Shown: piece after piece, positions 49,233 to 60,602 of the stretch
Numbering within the stretch: the first letter of the stretch is position 1
How the letters are laid out: every line of letters begins with the position of its first letter
Program-made: the position numbers and the translations under genes
Source of the DNA: Dimorphilus gyrociliatus
Lineage: Eukaryota > Animalia > Annelida
Assembly: GCA_904063045.1 (NCBI GenBank)
Contig: CAJFCJ010000020.1
Span: forward strand, 1,356,916 to 1,420,915
DNA length: 64,000 nucleotides
Reading direction: 5' to 3'
The notes under the pieces: model-generated
Told to the model about the DNA's origin: nothing
Database searches by the model: none
Seen by the model: only the letters and a program-made list of their open reading frames with translations

Positions 49233-52200
49233 CTAGCTATGAACTACATCCCATACAGTAATTGAACAGAAAGAAGCTGTTACCAGTCGCTTGCCTGATG
49301 GGTCAAACTTGATAACAGTTATGCTATCATCATAAGGACTAAAGTCTTGAAAAGACCCTTCGAAATAGTCCATAAGGGTTAAAAGCCGATCTCGAGAGCC
49401 CAGACCAATTAGAGATCCACCTACATCAAAACAAACAAGATCATGTACTATTGGTAAAGTTCGCACAATTCGTTGAGCAGTTAAATTGTATATAGATAAT
49501 TCATTGGCCGAGATCTTTTCATCAAAAATTACTACGCAATCGGGTTCATCCTGAGAAAAACAAGCTAACGTCTTTCCTTTCTTCTCTTTGTTGACAGAGA
49601 TTCGAGGTAAGGTAATCCAATCTTCTAATTCGCATCTGTCTTGACACCAATCAGCTTTCCAAACACTTATCCTGGAATCTTCTGATGTTGCTAGCCAACG
49701 GGTACCTAGAACTTGAATACCGGTGATAGGAGAACCGGAATGAGCTTTTAAAACTCTTACTGTTAGAGCAGTACTTAAACTAGTAGCTGCAATTATGCCA
49801 TCAGTTGAACCTGATAGGACGATATTTGACATTATGGCAATAGCTGTCACGTCTTTTGAATGGGGAACTATCTTTGATAGCATTTTGACAAGCTGAAGAT
49901 CAAAAATCCTTATTGTGCCGTCGCTATAGCCGACAACCAGAAAATTGCGTTCCCAAGCCATCTTAGTTGCACTCACATTTTTTGCTTTGACATCGAATTG
50001 CAAAGTTAACTCTTTGGATGTCCAAACCCGAACTGAACCGTCTTGACAACAAGTAGCTACACAATCATCTCTAACGATCAAGTCTGTTACGTATTTAGGA
50101 TGACCACCAACAAGACGAACGCTATTCTGATCAAGCCAATTAACGTACCATAATGTATTGCCACTTGTTCCCACTAAACCCATCTCAAGAGTTTCGTTCC
50201 ATGTCATCGATGTTATGATTCCATCTAGAGTCATTTCACTTAGTAATGTAACATTTGCATCTCCCTTGGGCGAAAGAGCTTCTTCAGTCGACCATAAACG
50301 AAGCGTTTTACCACCACTAACAACTTTTTTTGGTGAATTTGAACAAGCTAAACATAATATTTCGTCTCTCTCACTAGCAGTCCAATGGAGAACACAATTT
50401 CCCCTTTTAACGTCCCAGGCGCTAACTGAACCTTTCGAAGTACCTACATAATATATACTCTCTGAATCGACAACACAAGTTAAATCGCTGTCAAAAAGTT
50501 CTCTTGGTGCCCTAGTTTCTTCAACTTTTAGAGTTTTATCTGAGTCATCAATTGTCCAAAACAGAAGCAGACCATTCTCAGCCGTTGTTAATAGTTGACC
50601 AGTATATGCTTTTGGCCAAGAAACATCGTGCATTATTAGCTGAGAAGTAGCGCTAGCATATATTTCATAACGATCTGTTGTGAAAACAATTAATCTTCTA
50701 TCCGTATAATCTCCTATTGCAGCTAGGAATCTATCATCATTCGAATATTTCATAGCTACTATTTCACTCTCTAGGTCTCTTAACTCAGTTCTCTTTTTCT
50801 TTGAATCAACATTCCATATGAATATCTGACCTCTTGAGGATGATGCAATTTGAGAACTATCATTAGACAATTCAATAGTTGAGATTTGTTCCATATGGCC
50901 ACATAAATAAAATTGTTTATCACCACCTAGCTCATCTACTATGACTACACAACCACTTGAATAGACCATGAGTCCACTTTCAGACGACCAGGCCAAGTTA
51001 TTCCGTCCTTCACCATCAAAACCAATAGTATATGACATTTTTATCCCAGCCGATTCCTCTGAGGGCAAGTACCGCCTGTGTGCTAAGGAACCATCTTTTC
51101 GACGTTGTCTAAAATGCCGTTTCGTTGACGGTTGAGCATATTCACGTTGAGGAGATGGTTCACGTTGTTCAATAATCATGGCTGGCTGAATTAATGACGA
51201 GGACAAACGGTTTTCTAATGACTCGGGTTTAATTGTTTCTATTAATTCTTCATTTTGATCTGATTCAATATCCTGTCCAGCTAAATTTTCGGGATCACGA
51301 GCGATTTCGCTCAATTTGTCTATATCATCCGAGTTTACGTCATCTTGTGGTTCATCTCTTACAGCTATTTCTTCTACCTCAGGCCTTAAGAAATCGCTTA
51401 TTGTTGGAAGAGGTGCGTTAAAATCCCAAAAAAGGATAGCTGACGAGCTACAAGACGCTATTGTCAATTGATCGTCCGACAAAATGAGCTTATTAACTGT
51501 AGATCCATGACCAATGAAAACTTGGAATTTAGCATCTCTTCTTCTCCAAACTTTTTCATAGCCCCAAACTTTCAGTACATCATCGTCTCCACCTGATAGA
51601 ACATGTGGAGATAGACAACAAGAAACTGAAGTGACGGATTTTCTATGGGCTTCGTCTAAGCTCGATAATATCCTTCCAGTTTGAGAGCAAATTCTGACGA
51701 TTTTCGAACAACAACCAGCTAACACATATTGTTGATTAGGGTGAAAACTAATACAGTTGATATCTCCCCCAACATCGCATCGAATGAGTTCGTCCAGTGA
51801 ACTAGCTTCTAGGATGTTCAGAGTTCCTTTGGTAATAGCGGGGACAGCGAGTTTTGTATAATCCGAGGATAGAGCTAAATCAATGGAATCTGTTTGTTTT
51901 GTGACGAAAGGTAATTGTCTTACAATTCTCAATCCGTTACATTCGTAAAGTGTAAGTGTCCCATCTACATCAGAGGCGTAAATATGTAACAGACCGTAGG
52001 CTATACCACTTATGGGTTTTTTGGAAGATCGACTTTCGTGCAAGATACAAGTTCGAGGTATATCTAAAATTCTCACTGCGCCTGATTTAAATCCAACTGC
52101 CAAGTACGGTTCTCTGACAGATCCGGAAACTTTTAGAGGAGCGTCTTGAGGGGCAGTGAAATCATACAGTTGTTGAATATCATCCCATATACGAATGGTC

Positions 52201-54124
52201 CTATCCTCACCTATTGATACAATTTGGCGACCAACCTTACTCAAATCTTTGATATTCGAAGCATGACCTCTACAAAGAGTTGTGAATGATCTTGTTGCAA
52301 TATCCAATACGCCGAGGCTACTAGATTTAGTAGCTGCTGCAACTCTTAAGCCATCGGGAGAAAAGAGAGTTTTGACTGCCTCATTCTCGAGATCAGCTTC
52401 AAGTAGAACCTTTGCAAAATCATGAGGCCATTGCCTTAAAATTCCATCATTTGAGGCGGTAGCGCACATCGAATCCGATATGGAAATGGAGTTAAGTTCC
52501 AGACCATTTCCTCCACTTGCAACTAAACGCCTGGCTTGAACAACAGACATCCTTTCGAAATCAACTTCTAAAACATGACCTGAAGAGGCGCATGCATAAA
52601 CCCGCCTTCTATCTGTACTTACAGCAACATCGGTTAAATCTAGATCACTGACAGGTAATACAATTGGAGCGGATCTGAGCGAAGATTCTTTAATTCGCCA
52701 AATTCTTAAATTTTGTTTTCCACATGAAGCAAAGCGAACGATATTTGATAAATGAGATACAATTTTAATTGCCGTTATATCGACATCTGTGTGAGCTTTA
52801 ACTAAGCATTGGACTTTTCCAGATTTTGCTTGCGAGGTTTCCCATATCATTGCCAATGTTTTACCGTACGAGTCACGACCAATACCGCAAACAATTTTTG
52901 CATCGCTTGATATATCCAAAAGTCGGCATCCCGGAGCTTGAATTACAGATAAACACTTTCCTTTATCCAAATCCCAAAGTCTTGCCAAACCATTGGAATC
53001 TGCAGAGACTAGGAGGCCTCTTGCGCTTGACAAGCAAGTCACCTTTCCTGTGTGACCAACAAAAAATCTTTGTTCGCGTCTATCAACATTTAGGGCTATT
53101 ATTATGGCATGGGCAGAATAGACGATTTCGTCTGATCGTAAATTCCATGTTAGTAAAAGGGGATTAAGACCAACAACACTTTTTAAACGAAGAATAGGAT
53201 CCGGCTTTAATCCATTTCCAATTTCTTCCACATTTTCCTCAACATCTGCAAACTTTTTACCGTTTGATTTTGACACATGAACGTGTTTTGCTAAATCATC
53301 GGAGAGTATATTAACGTTTACTTCTGGAAGTTCCTTGATGATTGGTCTTTTATTTGAGATTGATGAAAAATCTGAAATTTCCTCAACTAGTTTCGATGAA
53401 CCTTTCGATGGATAACTCGTCAAGAAATTGTTATCATCTGGAAATTTTATAAAATCGAAAATATCATGCCACTTTACACCAGTTGGAGGCTGTAGGCCCA
53501 GATCTCTTGGTAATTTGTCAGCTTCGTACAATGTATTAGACGTTCCGATCGATTTTACTGCTACATTCGCGCATATCTTTATAGATTTTGTTGATGAGAA
53601 GGTACGATGAACGTAATTCGATAATAAATTTGATAAATCTAGGCATAGAATAGTCCATCTAGTTTTAAATGTGGGTTTTCCATTAACTGTAGAACTACTG
53701 ATAACTGGTAGTTGAATCCAAGTTGAAGTTGCCTTAGAAACTTTAAACATATTGGATAAAGATATGCGTACAACGAGACAATCGGGAGTGGTAACATCAA
53801 TATGGAATACAAAGTATTTGTCGGCTACTGGTTTATAAGTGATGTAAAAATATTTCCCAATAAGATTCAAAGAGCCCGATTTGGGCATAAACATATAGTT
53901 TGCAGCCGGAATCGCCCCATTAATTGACCATATTGAGCCCTTGGCATCTTTATCCATTGAATTTACTACATCCCCTTGTATTTTTACTCGTTTCCAGTCC
54001 GTCTGCTTCAAATGCCGAAAGACGTTTACAAAAGGCTGCTGCCAAACTGTAATAGTTTAAATTTTATAAAATTTGTGCAACTTAAAACTAGAAAAAAATA
54101 CTCATACATACGTTGTTGTGACAT
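49233..54124 (-). CDS. WDR90: WD repeat-containing protein 90 (CFAP20/DUF667-like N-domain plus WD40 propellers)
   Basis: WQQPFVNVFRH...WKRVKIQGDV N-terminus, PDPILRL..VVG, REQRFFVGHT and many WD repeats. Tiny first exon 54112-54124, then one exon of about 4.8 kb. Confidence 0.92.
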
Positions 54125-54591
54125 TTTAAATTAAATTCCAAGTTCTTTTGGTCGGATCGGCTATCTACTAAAGGAATTTTCAAGTAATTTCACAAGTCGA
54201 CACTTGTTTAGGCGCCATTTGTTATAGAGTAGGACCGCAGAGAAAATGTGATTTAATACCTAAAATTCCCGCCGATTTCATTTTATTCTGATCAATTGTA
54301 AATTGCTAGTTTCCAACTCAATTTAAAAAAATCATCAAATGTTTAACTTTCAAAGAATCAATTTGTTGTATTCACATATTATTTATAAACTGAATCAAAG
54401 TGTACTTATATTAAATATTTTTTATTTGATTTCTATAGCAACTCAGTTTGCATGAAGTAACACAAATAAAGAATAATTCTATTGTGGTGGGAGAAATTAT
54501 GGTCAAACAACTAAATTTCCTTGAGAGACAAAAGTATTTCTTTTCCCTATTTTCTTATTTTCCTATGGTTTCTCCATTGTGACTACTTTAT

Positions 54592-55968
54592 TCAACTTCC
54601 AAAGTTAATCTGAGACGCAAAGTGAGAAATTAAAAATATTATAACCATACCAGTTATTAAACCAAGATTCTGTAGGAAAAATGTAATTAAACTTGAACGA
54701 TTCCCCCGCTCCAACGCTTCTTCTTCTGCAGCGTGATTAACTTCGGGAAGCATATCAACTAAAGATATGTAAAGAAACATGCCACCGGTTAAACCAAATA
54801 TCCAAACATCCCCACTGGAATTTTCCCCTACTATAATACCAGCTATCATACCACCATAACAAGTACAAGCACTTAAAAAATTACATAACATTGCCTGCTT
54901 AATTTTCATTCCAGAACTCAAAAGGATAGCGAAATCTCCTAATTCATGGGGAAGCTCTTCGCAAAAAATCCCAATTGAAACGGAGACACCGGCTAAAACT
55001 GAACCTGTAAAAGCTGCTCCTATGGCTAATCCATCCATAAAATTGTGGACTCCATCGCCGAAAACAATCATCCAAGCTACAGGTTTAATTTGTTTGCTGC
55101 CTGAAAAATTTTTTTCAACCATATCATTTGTCTTTCCTGAATTCACCGACGCTTGACTATCATATGATCGAAAGTTAGATTGGCTTTGATGATAGCTTCT
55201 TTGCTGTGAGGAAATTGGAAATTGCTGCTTTTCTGCAGGATCTATTTGGCTGTTCGTCTCAGTAGCATATTTCCTTTCGCGCCATTCCATTATAAACTTT
55301 AAAGCTCGCTCTACTAAAAAAAATCCATATATACCAGCCAATACAACTACACATCTGTTTTCATAGGTAGCGGTATGTTCACTTCCTTCAGTTAATTCTA
55401 AAGCTTCTGGTATAAGTACTAAAATGGCGGAAGCAACTAAGGTTCCTATAGCAAGACAGACCATAAATGCTAAGACCTTCTTATAAATCTTTGTTTTAGA
55501 TAGTGGATGGAAAAGAGCTCCTAGTAAAGAAGCGCAACTAATAACAGTTACGCTTAAAATAGAATATCCCCAAATCTCTCCTTTAGATGGTTTCTTTCGA
55601 GATGTTTTCTCATCTTTAGATCTACATTTTTCGTTCTGAGATTGATAAAGAATGGCCGGGGATAGGGCTTTCATGCCATTCGAATCCACGTCATCCTGAG
55701 ATGGAAAATATAACTGCAAAAGATTTTTGCCATTTAGACATTTATCTAAAGAACAATTGTCAAAAGAACAATTGAAAGGTTCATGGCCTATGACAACGCC
55801 TGTTTTCTTCAATAGTTTATCAATGCCCAACGGTGACATTCGATTATTTACTCCATAATCAGACATTAACTTGAGAAGGTGCTTATCCTCGTGGCTTTCC
55901 CCTTCTACACCAATCAGGTACACAGCATTGCAAAGGAACACGGCAAGGGCAAACATAGTAATCGTCAT
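54592..55968 (-). CDS. LIV-1 subfamily zinc/manganese transporter, ZIP8/ZIP14-like, single exon
   Basis: Signal peptide, CL..SPAILYQ, GDGVHNFMDGLAIGAAF, CEELPHELGDFAILL and FLYISLVDMLPE. Confidence 0.92.
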   Translation of the reverse strand: MTITMFALAVFLCNAVYLIGVEGESHEDKHLLKLMSDYGVNNRMSPLGIDKLLKKTGVVIGHEPFNCSFDNCSLDKCLNGKNLLQLYFPSQDDVDSNGMKALSPAILYQSQNEKCRSKDEKTSRKKPSKGEIWGYSILSVTVISCASLLGALFHPLSKTKIYKKVLAFMVCLAIGTLVASAILVLIPEALELTEGSEHTATYENRCVVVLAGIYGFFLVERALKFIMEWRERKYATETNSQIDPAEKQQFPISSQQRSYHQSQSNFRSYDSQASVNSGKTNDMVEKNFSGSKQIKPVAWMIVFGDGVHNFMDGLAIGAAFTGSVLAGVSVSIGIFCEELPHELGDFAILLSSGMKIKQAMLCNFLSACTCYGGMIAGIIVGENSSGDVWIFGLTGGMFLYISLVDMLPEVNHAAEEEALERGNRSSLITFFLQNLGLITGMVIIFLISHFASQINFGS

Positions 55969-56441
55969 ATTCTCTGATGTCGATATTTCCTAAAAACTGT
56001 AGGAGAAAGGCCCAAGATTAATGCTTTTAATCGTATCTATATTTGTATCAGGAAATAATATCCTCCAAAAAAAAAAGAAATTTCTAATATGGCCTTGAAA
56101 ATCGGTGAAACTATAAATTTCTTTCATCATAACAATCACATGAACGATAATATGTGAATTTTTACACGTGTGAATTTTATGTATATACCTTAACAAAAAA
56201 AAATAAACCGGCTTCAACAAATAGATAAAATGTATTTTTAATGAAATTGTTTCTCAACGCGAAAGTAGTGCCATCTATGACAGAAAAGCGTAGGACACGA
56301 TCAATTGCAAGCAACCTTAAAAAAAGCATATTGAATTCGCCACGTCGTCTTTTCTCAAATCACCGAGGGGTGTTTTAAAACTTATTATCATTTCTAGTTA
56401 TTAGTACTATTTAATCGAAACTCGGATAAGAAACTAATAAA

Positions 56442-58546
56442 ATGAGTTCGAAATTTTGCGATCTTTGCCGAATTCAGGGTTTATCTCCACCTGTAGCGGA
56501 CAATAAATGTGTAAATTGTAATTTCTATTTTTGTTCAAGTTGTCAAGCGACTCACGCAGCAAACGAGAATACAAAACACCATATTTTTCAATCTGCTGAG
56601 AATTTTTCTAATTCTTCCGAAATTTTTGAAGATATTTGTGCGATTCATAATAAGGAAAAAGAATTATTTTGTTCCAAATGTGCAGAAGCTATATGCATTA
56701 GTTGTAAATTCGAAAATCACGATGGTCATAAAACAGATTTTGTTAAAGATTTAATAACAGATGTCAGAAGGAAATTGATGAATTATTTAAGTAAGCTACA
56801 AGAGGAACAGGACAGTTTGATAACTGCTTCTAAAGATGCAGCTGTTAAAAGAACAATGTTAAATGATAATTTCAATAAAATTATCTCAGATATTGAGAAA
56901 CAGCGATCAGAGTTGATAGCCTTGATAAATCAATGGTATGAGAAGAACTCGGAGAAAATTAAAACTTTTTATGCGAAGAGTATTGAAAATTTGGGAATAA
57001 AAGATATGGAACAAATCTCTAAAGTTGTCTTAGAAAATTCATCATTGGCTAAGGAAGCTTTGAAAAATGGAGCTGATAATTCAATTTTGTGTATTTGGGA
57101 AAAAGTGAAAAACTACGAAAAAGTTTTCGAAAAGCAGCCGTCAACTGAGATTCCAACAGTTTATAAGTTTATACCTGGATCATGTTCCAACTTAGAAGAA
57201 AAATCCATTTTTGGAGAATTGATATTAAATGAGAATTCAGTTGAAAAAAAAGGAACAAAAGAGGCAAAAGAGGCAAAAGAAATAAAAGAAATAAAAGAAG
57301 AGGTTACTAAATCAGAAATTGTCAAACAATCGGATGCCACTACAACAAAAGATAATAAGAAAACTACACCTCCAACACCTACAGATGCAACATCAACAGA
57401 TGAAAATTCACATAGGATTTATCCTTTAAACTCTGTAAAAACAATTGACGCCAGAACGGAAAACAAGCCTGGTTTTATTCGTTCTATTCTTGGTGTGGCA
57501 TCGTGTGAATCGGTTGTATCTATGAACGACAGTATCTATGTCGCCGATCCCTATTTAAAATCAATTTCAGTGTTTGATAATTCAGGTACCTTCGTTAAAG
57601 CAATTAGCTTGGAGTTTTCTCCAAAATGCATTGGTTCAATGAAAAACGGAGATTTAATCGTAACCTCTGGAGGGTCTGTTTTCGTGTATAGTGAATCAAA
57701 TTCAATCCGAGAGTCTTGCGTTTCGTTCAGAGAGGCATTTGGAGCAGTTGAAATTAATGACGAAGAAATTGCCGTTTCAGACAGAGGAGAGGTAATTTCG
57801 TGTTTTTTTATAACTTTTGTGGATCATTTTTCAATTAATTACTTGTTAATTATTCAAAATAGGGAGATATTTTTATATTAGATTCTAAGACTCTTGAACT
57901 CAAGAGAAAGATTAAGGGTGGAGGTGGATGGCCGAGCTATTTAGCTATTGATAGTAATTTATATATCTACGCCGTATTTACTGGATGGGCGAAAGACAGT
58001 TTAAAGGTGTTTGACAGTCAGGTAACGTATCAATTGTTTATAGATTTCTCTTTATTTCCTCTTTACATGCTATTCCCCATTTTATATGATTCATTGAATA
58101 TTTCTTTGTTTTTACCACACTTAAAAGCTATTTCATCTTTACACAATAATTTACATTGAGTCATTTTATATCATTAGTCTACGCCAGAATTTCTAAACCT
58201 TCATCTAAGTTTCATGTTGACATATTAATATATTCATATCACCTCTAAACAGACTGGAAAGAAAATCAGAGAATACGTATCCAAAACGGAAGTTGAATTC
58301 GGAGAGATAAAAGGACTTTGTATCGACAGTAATAATAATATCCTTGTGAGTGATTCGGAAAAACAGAGTATCCTTATCTGCTACGATTATAATGGAGTAT
58401 GGGAAATTTTAGAGACAAAGGAACTTTACGATTTGGATAAACCGTCTGACATAACGTTCAGAAACTCTAACGAACTGTGGATTTTGGACGTGAATAGGTT
58501 AAAAGTTTACGAATACACCACCAATGATAATCAAAGTACTATTTGA
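56442..58546 (+). CDS. RING-less TRIM-like protein: two B-boxes, coiled coil, NHL-like repeats; 3 exons
   Basis: CDLC...CVNC..YFCSSC..TH, CAIH..KELFCSKCAEAICISC...HDGH, then IYVAD, PSYLAID, GLCIDSNNNILVSD and PSDIT repeats. Confidence 0.8.
57258..57299 (+). repeat. In-frame 9-nt tandem repeat encoding KEAKEAKEIKEIKE
   Basis: AAAGAGGCA x2 then AAAGAAATA x2 inside the TRIM-like linker. Confidence 0.75.
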
Positions 58547-58604
58547 TGAACGTTGTTGAATCTTATGTGTTAATAACCCTTAACCTTTTGAAAATTAGCT
58601 AAAA

Positions 58605-58926
58605 CTACACGATCTTCCTCCATTGTAAGAGTGTTCCGTCTTTTGCTTTTTCTATTTTTGCATATTTGAAGAATATATAATAAAAGAAAAGAAAAAGGAA
58701 AAAAGTGACTTTGTGCGGAGGGAAATTACTATAGAAATTCGATTTATTGCGCAATAGTTCACATTTGACAAAAAGAAATTCCCTATAGAATTTGTATTTT
58801 CTTGAGAAAAACATTCTATATATATCTCGTTCCTTAATAGCCAAAAGGCATAAGGAACGTTTACGAATAGGAAAAGCGTGTTTGAAATTGGCATTCTAAT
58901 AATAATCTCCAATCATTTCCATTCAT
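58605..58926 (-). CDS. Tentative two-exon small single-pass membrane protein (about 80 aa)
   Basis: ATG at 58926 and a phase-2 intron 58864-58783 (GTAAAC...CTATAG) join to the open frame ending at 58605, which contains FFLFLFFYYIFF. AT-rich, so it may be spurious. Confidence 0.3.
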
Positions 58927-59233
58927 AGAAAAACGAGAATATAAAAGTATAGAGACGGACTAAAATATTTCCAAATGGTACGGAACCGATCAATTAGTCG
59001 TTCAAACTTATTAATGCTCTTTTTTTATATGAATAATTTAGGCTTATAAAAAATGTTAGATATATCTCCAGGTAAGAATTATGCGCTATTCAATTTCATT
59101 TTCTAATAATTATTCATATTTTCAATTCGAAAATATTATATAAGATAATAATAAAAAAAAGTCTATTTTTAGACTTTTATATGCATTTACATGCAGGTTC
59201 TATATACTTATCTACAGGTATATATATTTATAT

Positions 59234-59283
59234 TGTGTGTGGTGTATGTGTGTATGTATGTATGTATGTGTGTGTGTGTGTGT
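59234..59283. repeat. Compound (TG)n/(TATG)n microsatellite
   Basis: Directly visible tandem repeats. Confidence 0.9.
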
Positions 59284-59595
59284 TTCTATAAAATATTAAG
59301 TATATATCCATATATTTTAATGCTAATAGAGATCTCGGGACAACTAGCTTAGTCATTTCATTGTTATTATCCAAATCTATAGTTTATGTAGATTATATAA
59401 TCCTTCAAAAAAGGAAAACAAATAAACCTTTCTCCTCCCCCCCTCATCTAATTATAATTCCAACACAATTGACTACTCTCTATTCTAACGCCTCCTAGTA
59501 GTCTATTGTTATATAATTTGCAGAAGTTTTCGTGCTGCCAGTGAACGCTTCCTTGTTCATTTCTGTTTAAACTTTTTCTTCGATTTTTTAACAAG

Positions 59596-60339
59596 ATGGT
59601 TCGAAGAGAACCTGAATTTAGAAAACTGCTTTTTCAGGTAAGTCTCTTATTCTTTGATAAAATACAAAAAAAAGTAATTTGAAAAAAAAAGACTGGATTA
59701 GGAGGAATAAGGAGCGATAAAAGTTTGGAATTAAGAATACAAGAGATTGGTAATAAAACTTATCTTGCTTCTTTCCAAACTGGTTCGAATTTAACTAATG
59801 ATGTATATCGGAAGAACGAAGATGCTGTTGGAGCTTTATATTATGTTTGTGTGGTCGTTGTCATTTACGGATTTGGTATTATAATGATGATTGGATCAGT
59901 TATTAATAAAGGCAAACATGATAAATCTATATACAAATATATTGCTGATCTGGATAATTTGAAAAGGCTGGAAAAGAGGGAAGAGAAGTTTAAAACTCGC
60001 CTTCTCATGCAAAAGAGAAGAATCCCGTTTAGGCCTACGTCATCAACATCCCAAGCGATATTACCGATTAAGAAAGAAGGCGGGAAGAAAAACCCTTGGG
60101 AGGATATCGCTTCTGGCTCACCATCGAAAAAAAAGGAAAATAGTGAGCGTCAATGTACACCCGTCACTTGTTCGACGAGCGCTGAGGAGAAAATTGGCCA
60201 ACTGGACAAGAAAAGAGATGACCCTTTTACCATACAAATAGAAGATGATGCGGAAACCGAGGAGAATAGTTATGGAGCAAACTTCTCAGGACTAGTAGCC
60301 GTTAAAGAAGAGGACGATGATGAGTACGACTATGTTTAA
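59596..60339 (+). CDS. KCNE/MinK-like single-pass membrane protein, copy A
   Basis: N-glycosylation sequons NKT and NLT, then GALYYVCVVVVIYGFGIIMMIGSVINKGKHD and an acidic tail. A putative first exon 59596-59637 ends at a GTAAGT donor; its acceptor is uncertain. Confidence 0.6.
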
Positions 60340-60602
60340 ACTATTTAAGAAAAGGGAATAATTTATTTCAGGTCAAAGCATTATTAGTTGAATGAATTTG
60401 TTTTTTAATTAAATTAGGTAACAAATTAACTTAATTTAATACTCATAAAGTGATAGGAGAGATTTTTTCTAACTAATTGTGTTCTTATTAAAGTCTCAAA
60501 ACATCAATATTCATGATTTATTGTCTAAAATAGAAAAGAAAAAAAATTATAGCTCATCCCGAACGCCATCTAGTATCCAAACATTTGTAAAATATCTAAA
60601 GT

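Noticed and set aside
10153-53610. Numerous 60-120 aa ORFs antisense to or overlapping real genes (e.g. 10153, 11982, 20580, 21335, 33612, 39160, 50158, 52826)
   Set aside because: They are shadow frames of conserved CDSs, with no recognisable motifs.
58177-58215. Possible extra exon in the long TRIM-like intron
   Set aside because: The available donors give 31 or 38 nt, which do not preserve the frame.
58338-58375. ATATCCTT and GTATCCTT U12-like 5' splice motifs in the TRIM-like gene
   Set aside because: Both lie in a continuous NHL-repeat reading frame, with no matching branch site or need for splicing.
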